In this document: positions 1-10,567 of the stretch, in pieces | Numbering within the stretch: position 1 is the first letter of the stretch | How the letters are laid out: every line of letters starts with the position of its first letter | From: Bradyrhizobium forestalis | GTDB taxonomy: Bacteria; Pseudomonadota; Alphaproteobacteria; Rhizobiales; Xanthobacteraceae | Assembly: GCF_002795245.1 (NCBI RefSeq) | Contig: NZ_PGVG01000015.1 | Span: forward strand, 136,599 to 160,598 | Direction of reading: 5' to 3' | DNA: 24,000 nucleotides | The notes under the pieces: generated by a model | The model's database searches: none | The model's input: the letters and a program-made list of their open reading frames with translations, nothing else | What the model was told of the DNA's origin: nothing | Translations under genes and position numbers: made by a program

Positions 1-770
<770 letters not shown>

Positions 771-794
771 GGGCTCCTCTCCTCCAATGAAGCT

Positions 795-817
795 TGATCG
801 CACTCGATATGATCGCA
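795..817. promoter_or_regulatory. Direct octamer repeat TGATCGCA (795-802 and 810-817) in the divergent mmsA/LysR intergenic region; candidate LysR operator
   Basis: The repeat is seen directly. It lies between two divergently transcribed genes, one of them a LysR regulator. The function is inference only. Confidence 0.25.
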
Positions 818-873
818 TAAAAACGCTTATCAACGGCCGGTTTTGCGGCTCCGTTGTGCAGAAAGTGTAGTCA

Positions 874-1761
874 ATGGATTGGGAGCGGGTTCGGATATTC
901 CTTGAGGTCGCGCGGGCGGGGCAGATTCTGAAGGCGTCGAAACATCTGCGCTTGAATCATGCCACGGTGGCACGCCAGCTCACGGCATTGGAGCGCAGCC
1001 TGAACGCCAAGCTGCTCGAACGTCATACTTCCGGCTGCACGTTGACGGCGGCAGGCGAGGCCCTGCTCGCTGCCGCGGAGCGCGCAGAGAGCGAGTTTCT
1101 CAAGGTTGGCTCAAGCATCGGAGGCTCGACCGAGGCAATCACTGGCACTGTACGCGTGGGGGCACCCGACGGGCTCGGCAACTACTTCTTGGCCGATCAG
1201 CTTGGCTCGCTTGCGGCGAGAAATCCAGGCCTCATCGTCCAGCTCGTGCCGCTGCCGCGAACTTTCTCCCTGTCGCGGCGCGAGGCAGACATCGCGATCA
1301 CGCTGGATCGGCCGAAGCAGGGCCGTCTGATGTTGTCAAAGCTGACCGACTACACCCTCAGCGTCTATGCGGCAGCGAGTTACCTCGCGCGCGAGGGGCC
1401 CATACGCGATCAAGCCGACCTTGCCGGCCGCCTGTTTGTCACGCATGTCGAGGATTTCGTTTACAGCCGCGCGCTGGACTATGCGTCAGTGCTGGGCCGG
1501 CTCATGTCCCGGCGCTACGAATGTGGCAGCGTTGTCGCTCAGATGGAGGCGGTTCGGAGCGGCCACGGTGTCGGCATCCTGCACGACTACGCTGCCGGAC
1601 GCTATCCGGAGTTGAAGCGCCTGCTGCCTGACGTCCGTTTTGTTCGGAACTACTGGTTGACGTCGCATCCTGACACGCATGAAACCCGTCGCGTTCAGGA
1701 GGTTCATCGATTCATCACGACCGCTGTGAAGACCGCGAGATCATCTTTCGAGGCGGACTAG
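874..1761 (+). CDS. LysR-family transcriptional regulator, divergent from mmsA
   Basis: N-terminal wHTH ([42 protein letters not shown]) followed by a LysR-type substrate-binding domain. Clean 295 aa ORF. Confidence 0.85.
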   Translation: MDWERVRIFLEVARAGQILKASKHLRLNHATVARQLTALERSLNAKLLERHTSGCTLTAAGEALLAAAERAESEFLKVGSSIGGSTEAITGTVRVGAPDGLGNYFLADQLGSLAARNPGLIVQLVPLPRTFSLSRREADIAITLDRPKQGRLMLSKLTDYTLSVYAAASYLAREGPIRDQADLAGRLFVTHVEDFVYSRALDYASVLGRLMSRRYECGSVVAQMEAVRSGHGVGILHDYAAGRYPELKRLLPDVRFVRNYWLTSHPDTHETRRVQEVHRFITTAVKTARSSFEAD

Positions 1762-2677
1762 CGGCATTCACCACCGCGGTGGTCGCAGGCACGTCAGCAG
1801 ACGAGATCGATCCCGCGCATTCGATCAATGCTCGCAATGCGGACGAAACGAATGCATCTTTGCGATGGACGAACAGTGTGGTGGCTCTGCCCGTTCCATT
1901 CGGCAGCGGATGAATTCGAATCAGGCCCTGCAGTGCCGCGGGCTCAGCAACCACGTGCGGGACCAACGAAAGGCCGACCGAAGCTGCGACACAGCCGATG
2001 ATGCCGTCGAGCGTTCCCATTTCCATCCAGCGCAGGTCCACGAAACCGCGGTGGGCGAGATATTCCGACAAGCGTTGCCGATAGGAGCAACCCGCACGGA
2101 AAACAATCACTTTGCGGCCGCTTCCGGTTGCGAGAAACTTGTTGATCTGCTCGGGGGACGTAACCATCGGCGGCGTGACAAGGACCAGCTCCTCTTCCAC
2201 GATCGGCTTGCTGGCCAATTCGCCATGCGTCACCGGCGCGGAGACAAAGGCGCCATCGAGCTTCCGCGACAATACGGCGTCCACAAGACTTGCCGTTGGT
2301 CCCGTTTCGATCTGAACGTCGACATCCGGATAGGCAATTGCGTAATGCGTCAGCAAGGGCGGCAAGCGCAAGGCCGCCGTCGTTTCCATCGACCCGATCC
2401 GCAATTCGCCACTGGGAGAGGCCTCGTCCTTTACCGCGCGCTGCGCTTCCGCCAAGAGTTCGCTGATCCGCTTGGCATAGGGAAGCAGCCTGTTTCCCAT
2501 TGAGGTGAGCGTCACCCCCTTCTTGGACCGGTGAAAGAGCTGGACGCCAAGCTGAGCCTCCAGAGCCCGAATTCGTTGTGTGACATTGGACTGCACTGTG
2601 TGGAGATCGTTCGCAGCCCGGCCGATTCCACCAGCCATCGCCACGGCGGCAAAGAAATTGAGGTCGGTGCTATCCAT
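1715..2677 (-). CDS. LysR-family transcriptional regulator, divergent from the nitronate monooxygenase-like gene
   Basis: ORF 1715..2710. Start moved to [17 protein letters not shown]... (ATG 2677-2675), the usual LysR N-terminus. HTH is [26 protein letters not shown]. The 3' end overlaps the convergent LysR gene by ~47 nt. Confidence 0.8.
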   Translation of the reverse strand: MDSTDLNFFAAVAMAGGIGRAANDLHTVQSNVTQRIRALEAQLGVQLFHRSKKGVTLTSMGNRLLPYAKRISELLAEAQRAVKDEASPSGELRIGSMETTAALRLPPLLTHYAIAYPDVDVQIETGPTASLVDAVLSRKLDGAFVSAPVTHGELASKPIVEEELVLVTPPMVTSPEQINKFLATGSGRKVIVFRAGCSYRQRLSEYLAHRGFVDLRWMEMGTLDGIIGCVAASVGLSLVPHVVAEPAALQGLIRIHPLPNGTGRATTLFVHRKDAFVSSALRALIECAGSISSADVPATTAVVNAASPPRKMISRSSQRS

Positions 2678-2787
2678 GGGGTCATCTCCAATAATGATGG
2701 TATCGATCAAAAATAATCACTTTTCCGTTGTCAATGGTCAATCTAGCCTTCCCGCATCGAAGGGCAGATCGCCTGAGGGGATGGACT

Positions 2788-3777
2788 ATGGCTATCAAGA
2801 CGAGACTGACCGAATTCTTCGGACTTGAGCATCCGATCGTGCTCGCGCCGATGGATCCAGCCTCCGGTGGTGAACTCGCGTCGGCTGTGTCCGCAGCCGG
2901 GGCGCTAGGCTTGCTCGGTGGGGGGTACGCAAACAGGGCTTGGTTCGAAGAGCAATCCGCCAAGGTTAGCCGCCCCGACGTCGGTTGTGGTTTCATCAGT
3001 TGGGCGCTAGCGAGCGATCCGGGTCTGCTCGACCTTGCTCTGCAACGGCATAGCAGAGCACTCATGTTGTCGTTCTCCGATCCCGCGCCTTATGCGCCGA
3101 AAGTGAAGCAGGCGGGCATTCCGCTGATCTGCCAGGTGCACACCCTCGAACACGTCAAGCGGGCAATCGACGTAGGTGCCGACGTCATAGTCGCGCAAGG
3201 CACCGAGGCGGGCGGGCACGGGCTAACGGCACGCTCCACGATGCCGTTCGTTCCGGCGGCTGCTGATCTGATCTCACGGCGAGCGCCCCGGGTTCTCTTG
3301 CTTGCCGCCGGAGGCATTGCGGACGGCCGCGGCCTCGCCGCGGCGCTCATGCTCGGCGCCGACGGTGTATTGATGGGAACGCGTTTCTGGGCCGCGCAGG
3401 AATCTGTGATCCACCGCAATGCTAAGGAAAAAGTGGTCACCGCCTCGGGCGATGAAACAATCCGCACTCGTGTCTACGATGTCGTTCGCAAGAAGGCTTG
3501 GCCTACCGAATATACCGGCCGTCTGATGAAAAACGGCTTTATCGAGAAGTGGCACGGTCGCGAAGATGAGCTGCGCACTCTCCAGGAAGCGGAGTTGCAA
3601 CGTGTCGAGCAAGCCTGGACGTCGGGCGACTACGACACGGCCAACGTCACTGTCGGAGAGGGCATCGGCCTCATTAACGACATCCCAACTGCCGGCGACC
3701 TCGTGAAGCGCATTTCGGCTGAAGCGAGCGCCTGCCTTTCGCGCTACGCTGCTGCGCGGAGTTCGATCGCGGCCTGA
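2788..3777 (+). CDS. FMN-dependent nitronate monooxygenase / 2-nitropropane dioxygenase-family oxidoreductase
   Basis: ORF 2728..3777. Likely start is MAIKTRLTEFFGLEHPIVLAPM (ATG 2788). Contains the family-typical VIVAQGTEAGGHG and LAAGGIADGRG motifs. Confidence 0.8.
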   Translation: MAIKTRLTEFFGLEHPIVLAPMDPASGGELASAVSAAGALGLLGGGYANRAWFEEQSAKVSRPDVGCGFISWALASDPGLLDLALQRHSRALMLSFSDPAPYAPKVKQAGIPLICQVHTLEHVKRAIDVGADVIVAQGTEAGGHGLTARSTMPFVPAAADLISRRAPRVLLLAAGGIADGRGLAAALMLGADGVLMGTRFWAAQESVIHRNAKEKVVTASGDETIRTRVYDVVRKKAWPTEYTGRLMKNGFIEKWHGREDELRTLQEAELQRVEQAWTSGDYDTANVTVGEGIGLINDIPTAGDLVKRISAEASACLSRYAAARSSIAA

Positions 3778-3877
3778 GCGACTTCCCTCACCTTCTATAT
3801 ATTGCCGGGCGAAAACGAGCGCGTGCGCCACGGCGCCCGCGATTGAGAGAACGCGTGCCCTAGAGATCGAAAGAGAG

Positions 3878-5239
3878 ATGTTGATGAGCGAACCGAGATT
3901 GGATGCCCGGGCTCCGGGAATATGGACTGTCGTACTTGCCTCAAGTGCAGGTACGATTATCGAGTGGTACGATTTTTATCTGTACGGCAGCCTCGCCGTA
4001 TTTTTTTCGACACTCTTTTATCCGGCCAATGATCCGACCGCGGCGGTCCTGATCAGCGTTGCGACCTTTGCTACTGGATTCGTTATTCGTCCCTTTGGCG
4101 CTATCGTCTTTGGCAGTCTCGGCGACCGGCTAGGACGGAAACACACGTTCCTGCTCACCCTGATCCTGATGGGCATTTCGACCACCATGGTCGGATTTCT
4201 GCCGACATACTCAAGCATCGGATTTGTAGCTCCCGTCGCGCTTGTGCTGCTGCGCCTGGTCCAAGGGTTGGCCATTGGTGGAGAGTACGGCGGCGCCGCC
4301 GTTTACGTGGCGGAACATGCTCCGGAGAACCGTCGCGGCTTCTTCACAAGTTTCATACAAACCACCGCGACCGTCGGTTTCTTTGTAGCCATCCTCGTCG
4401 TGCTTGCGTGTCGCTTGTCCCTCGGCGAAGAGGCATTTCGCGCGTGGGGATGGCGCATTCCGTTCCTGTTGTCGGCCGTTCTCGTCTTGCTCTCGATCTA
4501 TCTCCGCCTGAAGCTTAGTGAGTCGCCCGTCTTCGAGCAGATGCGTCAAGCCGGAAAAGTCTCACGTGCGCCCGTGCGAGAAAGCTTCGGCAGTGGGCAG
4601 GGACTGCGATATGCCTTGTATGCCCTATTCGGTGCAACGGCCGGACTTGGTTGCGTATGGTACACGGGGCAATTCTACGCGCTGTATTTTCTACAGAGCG
4701 TTCTGAAGGTGGACTTTCTCACGGCGAACATTTGTGTCGCTGTGGCGCTGGCCATCGGAACGCCTTTGATCGTGGTAAGTGGCGCCCTTTCTGATCGCAT
4801 CGGGCGTCGGCCTCTAATCGTAACGGGACTACTGCTCGCGGCTGCTCTGTATGTGCCGATCTACATGGGAATGGCCGCGGCGACAGCGGTTCAAAACTAT
4901 GTTGCAGTGACGGCCCTCATCTTGGCCCAGCTCATCTTCGCCGCACTGGTCTATGGGCCGAACGCCGCTTTCCTCGTCGAGCTTTTTCCGGCGCGGTTGC
5001 GGTATACTTCCCTGTCTCTTCCCTATCACATCGGGACGGGCATATTTGGCGGCTTCGTCCCGCTAATCAGCCTCTCGCTTGTCAGCTACACGGGCAACAT
5101 CTATTCGGGTTTAATCTATCCAATAGCGGTCTCGGTTTTGACGGCGATTGTCAATGTGTTTTGCCTGCCGAAGGCTGCGCCAGCCGCGGCGTCAGGCGAG
5201 CGCGAGGCAGAACCTACGGCGGAGCGGCAGCTTGCGTGA
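3878..5239 (+). CDS. MFS transporter, metabolite:H+ symporter (MHS) type
   Basis: Highly hydrophobic 453 aa ORF (about 12 TM segments by eye). Contains TIIEWYDFYLYGSLAVFF and GSLGDRLGRK motifs typical of the ProP/KgtP-like MHS family. Confidence 0.85.
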   Translation: MLMSEPRLDARAPGIWTVVLASSAGTIIEWYDFYLYGSLAVFFSTLFYPANDPTAAVLISVATFATGFVIRPFGAIVFGSLGDRLGRKHTFLLTLILMGISTTMVGFLPTYSSIGFVAPVALVLLRLVQGLAIGGEYGGAAVYVAEHAPENRRGFFTSFIQTTATVGFFVAILVVLACRLSLGEEAFRAWGWRIPFLLSAVLVLLSIYLRLKLSESPVFEQMRQAGKVSRAPVRESFGSGQGLRYALYALFGATAGLGCVWYTGQFYALYFLQSVLKVDFLTANICVAVALAIGTPLIVVSGALSDRIGRRPLIVTGLLLAAALYVPIYMGMAAATAVQNYVAVTALILAQLIFAALVYGPNAAFLVELFPARLRYTSLSLPYHIGTGIFGGFVPLISLSLVSYTGNIYSGLIYPIAVSVLTAIVNVFCLPKAAPAAASGEREAEPTAERQLA

Positions 5240-5399
5240 GAAACGTAGGCCGCCTGATCCAGGTGCTCTTTGCGCGAATACTCGTCTGAACCTAGCTATC
5301 GCTGTGATACACTGTCGGCCTGGAAGTTCCGATGACGCGCCCACCATTGTCGTTCCTGCAATGAGTTTCTCCCTAGACTTGTCGCTAGATGTTCTGCGA

Positions 5400-5430
5400 C
5401 CCCGCTGCTCGTAGCAGCGGGGCGTTTCTC
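5400..5430 (+). terminator. Rho-independent terminator-like hairpin
   Basis: Perfect 9 bp GC-rich stem CCCCGCTGC / GCAGCGGGG with 5 nt loop, followed by CGTTTCTC. Lies downstream of the MFS gene. Confidence 0.55.
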
Positions 5431-5554
5431 GAAGGGCAGATCGCATCCTAAGCATGGACATCTTAAAGCGCAGACCCACGACGGAGCGTCATATGAATTT
5501 TCGGGCTTTGGACCGGATCAACCCGCTACGCAAACCAAGGGGGGCGAGCCTGTA

Positions 5555-6544
5555 GTGCAACGTTGGTCCGTCGGTTTTCCGCGCAAATTCGGTTCATTGT
5601 GTGTGGCATTTCACGGCGTTCAGGGCACAGACGCGGAGACAGTCCACAATTCTGGCTTTATTCCTTGGCTGTCGGAGGCAATCCACCTGCCCAGCGGACC
5701 GGACGTGGTCGATCACGCCTGGTTTGTTGACCAGAACGGCCTCTACACGCATGTGGTAGCGACCTATTGGGTCGAATAGATGCGTCGGGATAGCTGGCTT
5801 GATGATGCTCACGTTGCGAATTGGTGGAACAATCCAGCGAGAAATTCGGAGCGCACCGGCTACTCTCAAGAAAGTTGGACGATTCCGATCGAGCGCATCG
5901 AGACGCTGTATTGGGAAGACTATCAGGTTGGCCTCAGTCGTTCCAAGGACGTTGCGCTCTATCCTACGCCGTATTGTGGATATTACGGTGCAATGCGTGA
6001 CCGCATTCCTCTAGCTGCAGTCGATCCGCTGGCGTCGGCGCTCAATGAGCTTCAACCCGCAACTCGACGTTAGACAAGGTTTCATCGCTGGCGTATTGCC
6101 GCTCCACAGAATCTCGCAGTCATACGCTCTGGCGCGTTTTGGGGACGCTGTGATCCAGAGCAAACCGAGGACTACATGCGTGACCTGCGTGCGCCTCTTG
6201 AGCAAGGAATGGAGTTTCTGCGCGAAAGCCCCGAGGCGACTGGCTGCTGCTCGTCACGCTTCCAACAAACTTGCGATGCAGCCGGCGCACCCGAGCTTGA
6301 GACCCATGCGCTCGGATATTTCCTGTCGCTCAACCACATGGAAGAGCGGGCTGAACATCATCCTTCGCATGGAGCCATTTTCTGTGCAGCGATGGCCAGA
6401 TACCGCAGATTCGGCAAGAAAAACCAGCTGCGAACCTGGCACGAAGTCTTCGTATTGCCAGCGCAAGATCAGGCTTTCGAGTACGTCAACTGTGCGCCGG
6501 GTACCGGCTTGGTGAACTATTTTGAAGGGCACCGACTATCATAG
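5555..6544 (+). pseudogene. oxd: Aldoxime dehydratase (heme Oxd family) interrupted by two in-frame TAG codons (5777-5779, 6071-6073)
   Basis: Track ORFs 5555..5779, 5780..6073 and 6176..6544 are all in one frame. Frame 2 is also open from 6074. The joined product (...YWVE*MRRDSWLDDAHVANWW...YCGYYGAMRDRIP...ATRR*TRFHRWRIAAPQNLAVIRSGAFW...GMEFLRESPEATGC...LSLNHMEERAEHHPSHGAIF...WHEVFVLPAQDQAFEYVNCAPGTG) tracks Oxd proteins end to end. The N-terminal start is uncertain. Confidence 0.7.
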
Positions 6545-6890
6545 CGGCCCGCTTCGATTCCGGCTTAGATCCGAGCAGGTCGAACAAAGCCTTCATGGCG
6601 CTCGACACATAGGCGTCATGACGACGGACGAACACCGTTTCTACCATTGCGCGGGAAGGGGGAAGCTTATGCACGGCAACTTGGCCGTTCTTAAGAGCGG
6701 GAGCAATGACGCCCCTTGGCAGCAGAGTGACGCCAACGCCGGCGGAGACGCAACTGACGATCGCATCGAGAGATCCGAACTCGAGAGGCTGGGCCACTGC
6801 AATGCCCATTTCGGCCAAAGCGGCCTCCAGCTTTTGACGATATGAGCAGCCGATCTGGAAGACGATCGTTTTTAGATCATTGATTGTTCC
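6486..6890 (-). pseudogene. 5'-truncated LysR-family regulator (C-terminal substrate-binding half only)
   Basis: The frame opens at 6890 just after a stop. GTINDLKTIVFQIGCSYRQKLEAALAEMGIAVAQPLEFGSLDAIVSCVSAGVGVTLLP...FVRRHDAYVSSAMKALFDLL is clearly paralogous to the C-terminal half of the LysR at 1715-2677 ([21 protein letters not shown]...[18 protein letters not shown]). No HTH-encoding part lies upstream. Confidence 0.7.
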
Positions 6891-7190
6891 CTAAGCACGA
6901 AGGCTGCATGAGCATCGTCGATACGCGAGACGATGCCGCTCCGTCGGGTCGATGGCCGCATCACGCACGGTAATCATCGGAACATGAGAGGCCCGACCGG
7001 GTCCGCTGGATTGGTCTCCAGCGGGGGACAGCGGCAAGGCACTGCCAGAGCCGTTGTTCGAGCTGAGGTCGGGAGTCGGACTGGTCCATACTACCTGTGA
7101 AGTCGTCGAAGGTAACGAGACGCATGGAGGGAAGGGACCAGCCCGAGGGGAGCCTGCGCGAGGAGGCCAGGGTCCGGACACAGAGCCGGG

Positions 7191-7484
7191 TTACCTTCTC
7201 TCCCGTGGGCGGCTGGTCAACTGCAGAATGACCAGCTTCTCGGTACGCTCGAAACCAAGACCAGTGTCGAACGCAGCTACGCAAGACCGCGGATGAAGAT
7301 GCACGACCTGATAGCGGTCACGGGCCGGCACGTGCAGCGTCTCAACCAGCACTTCATGAGTGAGGTCCAGCAACTTCCGGAGCTCACCATCGCTCCATCC
7401 CTCGATCAGATCTGCCACGTGAAAACGCGCAATACCGGTTGCAACTTTTTCATCAGGTGACGCATTCGAAATTCCGATGATCAT
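7191..7484 (-). pseudogene. Tautomerase-family (4-OT-like, PF14552-type) gene remnant, probably frameshifted or truncated
   Basis: ARFHVADLIEGWSDGELRKLLDLTHEVLVETLHVPARDRYQVVHLHPRSCVAAFDTGLGFERTEKLVILQLTSRPRE matches the long tautomerase family pattern. The frame stops right after SRPRERR, and the expected C-terminal third appears only weakly in another frame. The canonical Met-Pro start is absent. Confidence 0.45.
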
Positions 7485-7731
7485 GATCACGGCTTCAGAT
7501 GACGCGAACTCTCCACGGTTTAAATCTCCGAGGCAGAGCCGACGAAGGCATGCTGCAGGCACCAGCGATCGCCCAATTCGCCGAGCACGCTGGCGGAAAA
7601 AGGTGAAAAAATGTACGCCAAGATAGACGCGCACCATCATTGCGATTTTTGCAACAATATGTTGCCGGGCGGCGGCATTCCCGGCTAATCCGATCAGAAC
7701 TACTAGGAAGCCAAAACAGGAGAAGAGTTCG

Positions 7732-8340
7732 ATGAACCAGCAAATTCGGCTCTACGGTGGCAAGTTGTCGGGTCACAGCCATCGTGTGGAGTTGTTTCTC
7801 AGGCTTCTCGATTTGCCGTTCGAGTTTGCCGCTACGCCGCCACCTGATCGCAAGACGCCGACGTTTCTGGCGATGAACGCATTCGGCGAGATTCCAGTCA
7901 TCGACGACAATGGCATCATCATCGCTGACTCGAATGCGATTCTTGTCTATCTCGCCACTCGCTACGACGCGTCCAGGACCTGGCTTCCTGTGGAGGCCGT
8001 TGAACTCGCGCAGGTTCAGCGATGGCTCTCCGTCGCTGCCGGCCCCCTCGCCTTCGGACCAGCAACCGCTCGCCTCGGCGCCGTGTTCGGACGATCGATC
8101 GATCGTGAGCGGTCAAGCGAGATCGCGGATCGGCTCTTCAAGGTGATGAACGAGCATCTGGCACAGAGAGAGTTCGTCGCCACCGACGTGCCGACAGTTG
8201 CTGACGTCGCATGCTACAGTTACACGCGCGCCGCACCGGAAGGTGGCGTGGCGCTGCAGCCTTACCCGAACATCGTTCGATGGCTCGAGCGTATCGAAGC
8301 ATTGCCAAGATTCGAGCCAATGCCGCCCGCACCTCGATAG
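7732..8340 (+). CDS. Glutathione S-transferase family protein
   Basis: N-terminal thioredoxin-like GST domain (IRLYGGKLSGHSHRVELFL...FGEIPVIDDNGIIIADSNAILVYLATRY) plus an alpha-helical C-terminal domain. SD GGAGAAGAG lies upstream. Confidence 0.85.
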   Translation: MNQQIRLYGGKLSGHSHRVELFLRLLDLPFEFAATPPPDRKTPTFLAMNAFGEIPVIDDNGIIIADSNAILVYLATRYDASRTWLPVEAVELAQVQRWLSVAAGPLAFGPATARLGAVFGRSIDRERSSEIADRLFKVMNEHLAQREFVATDVPTVADVACYSYTRAAPEGGVALQPYPNIVRWLERIEALPRFEPMPPAPR

Positions 8341-8362
8341 ATGCCTTCTGGAGCGGTAAATC

Positions 8363-9325
8363 ATGATATCGGAACGCGGTTCGTCTCCGTTTCACCCAGG
8401 TGAGCTCGAGGTCCAGCACCGGGCGGGTGTCGGCGACGGCATCCGGAGGCGTGCGCAGGTGGCAATAAGAAAGGAGATGCCCGAACAGCACCGGGATTTT
8501 TTCGCTAACTTGGGCTACGTCTTTGTTGGATCCGCTGATCGGGACGGCTTGCCGAGCGCATCGGTTTTGACCGGGCCGACAGGCTTCTTGTCGTCGCCAG
8601 ACCCGGGGCGCCTGCTGGTCAGGGCTTGCCCCTCTAAGGACGATCCCTTGAGCGATAATCTAGTAGTTGGCGCCCACTTGGGGTTGCTAGGTCTAGACCT
8701 GACGAACCGACGGCGAAATCGACTCAACGGACGAGTTGCAAGCGCGGACGCTGAGGGATTTGAGGTGCATGTGCATCAAAGCTTTGGCAATTGTCCGAAA
8801 TACATTCAGGTTCGCCAAAACATAACCTCGGATCAGTTTTCGTCTCATCAAAGGCCGAGAGTCGAATTCAAGCAGCTCGACGAGGCGCTTAAGCGGGTCA
8901 TTCAAAACGCGGACACGTTTTTCGTGGCATCCTGCATTCGCACGCAGAATGGGGAGCCAGACACCTATGACTGCGATATATCTCATCGTGGGGGCCGACC
9001 CGGTTTCGTACTGGTCGGCGATCGCGAGATCACTGTTCCAGACTTTTCTGGCAACCTCTATTACAACACGCTAGGCAACTTTTCAGTTCATCCATATGCC
9101 GCTCTGCTCATCATCGATTTTCTGACCGGCGATTTGGTACACATTCGCGGGCGCGTTGAAATTCTTTGGAGCGACCCTCGTGTTGCCTCGTATTCTGGCG
9201 CCCAATGGGCTTGGCGCGTATATATCGAGGATGGATACTTCGCGCCGAGCGCCTCCATTCGATCTGGCCCTGAAGTCGAGTTCTCGCCGTTTACGAGCAC
9301 GACAGGGCTTTGGCGAAATGAGTAG
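8363..9325 (+). CDS. Pyridoxamine 5'-phosphate oxidase-like FMN-binding (split-barrel) family protein
   Basis: SPFHPGELEVQHRAGV...MPEQHRDFFANLGYVFVGSADRDGLPSASVL and a second barrel-like half (FFVAS...SHRGGRPGFV) are typical of two-domain PNPOx-related flavoproteins. Confidence 0.65.
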   Translation: MISERGSSPFHPGELEVQHRAGVGDGIRRRAQVAIRKEMPEQHRDFFANLGYVFVGSADRDGLPSASVLTGPTGFLSSPDPGRLLVRACPSKDDPLSDNLVVGAHLGLLGLDLTNRRRNRLNGRVASADAEGFEVHVHQSFGNCPKYIQVRQNITSDQFSSHQRPRVEFKQLDEALKRVIQNADTFFVASCIRTQNGEPDTYDCDISHRGGRPGFVLVGDREITVPDFSGNLYYNTLGNFSVHPYAALLIIDFLTGDLVHIRGRVEILWSDPRVASYSGAQWAWRVYIEDGYFAPSASIRSGPEVEFSPFTSTTGLWRNE

Positions 9326-9399
9326 GCTCAGCTAGACCATCGCATCAGTCGCCCAACACTCAAAATCGGCCCCATGTCAGAACGGAGAACTCCCTTGTA

Positions 9400-9985
9400 T
9401 GTGCCTCCCGCGTTCAGAGACGATGACGCGGACGACTTCGTCATGGGCTTCGAGAGCAAGGCCGATGCGCAGGAAATGCTCTTGGCTCTCAAGGTGCGGC
9501 TGGCCAGCTTCGGCCTGACGCTCCATGAGAACAAGATCGAGTTTGGCCGGTTCGCGGCCCTCTCGCGTCAGCGGCGGGGCGAGCGGCGGCCAGAGACCTT
9601 CGCCTTCCTCGGCTTTACCCACTACTGCGGGCGGACACGAGATGGCCGGTTCATCGTGAAGCACAAGACGGAAGCGAAACGCCTGACGCGCAAGCTGACG
9701 GCGTTGCGCCAGGAGGCCTGGCGGCTCATGCATGCGCCACTGGCCACGCAGTACGAGTGGTTCGCCGCCGTTCTGCGCGGGCACTATGGCTACTATGGCA
9801 GGCCGCACAACTATCCAGCGCTCAACGGCTTCTACCGCGAAGTGCGTCGAACCTGGCTGCGTTGTCTGAGACGGCGCAGCCAGAAAAGTCGGCGCATGAG
9901 CTGGCCAGAGTTCGAGACCCTGACGGCACGCTTCCGCCTGCCAACTCCACGCATCACTCGCACATGGGCGCAGGCGCGGATATGA
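9400..9985 (+). pseudogene. C-terminal fragment of a group II intron reverse transcriptase/maturase (intron A); N-terminal RT motifs missing
   Basis: Homology starts around RT motif 5 (RDDDADDFVMGF, cf. YADD). It continues through FAFLGFTHYCG and the maturase/X domain (VLRGHYGYYG...RRRSQKSRRMSWPEFE). RT motifs 0-4 are not present upstream. Confidence 0.75.
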
Positions 9986-10567
9986 CGCGGGTTACCCTCG
10001 GGAAGAGCCGGGTGCGGGGTGTGCTGCAGGTGCACACGGGAGGGGGTTTGCGATGAACAACTGACCGTGGGGATAAGCTGCGCGAAAGATGAGGGCGGGC
10101 CCCTCGGGATCGGCTTTCAGGAGCAGGTCCCAAACCAGTCCAAGCTGCTGCGTTCAAAAGGCGCGGTGGTGAGCGTTGGATCAAAAGTCCGAATGAAATT
10201 CGGGCAGGTGAGCATTCGAGAGACGAGCGTGAGCAAACCCTCGGTGACGCGCCGAAAGGCTTTAGACACTGCTAAAACCGGAGGCGCTCGCATCCTCTGG
10301 GACAAATCTGTCGGTTACCTGGGTACTGGGCAGATAGCGGTCGGCGTATAGGGGGCGTGAAGCGGATGCAGGCTTTCGTGTGGAACTGCAGGAACCAGTC
10401 CCTGGATGCCAAGGGAGAAGCTGAAGCGGCTAAAACTGCGAGGCGAGAGTACCGAAGCCAGGGACTGGGGCGGACCGACCCGTACGAGCGGTGAAGGCCC
10501 CGTAATCGGGCCGGAGCAAAGGGGTCGGGTCAGGACAAATCGTATTGACGTACCAACTGGAAACAGG

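Noticed and set aside
1865-3831. Antisense or alternate-frame ORFs (1865..2503+, 2682..3065-, 3090..3467-, 3274..3831-)
   Set aside because: They overlap well-supported LysR and nitronate monooxygenase genes and have no motifs and a skewed composition. They are shadow ORFs.
7495-7731. Small dyad GCAAC-AATAT-GTTGC and hairpin GCCGGG...CCCGGC upstream of the GST gene as an operator or terminator
   Set aside because: These short symmetric elements are expected by chance in this length of DNA. No T-tract or known consensus is present, so they are not reported as features.
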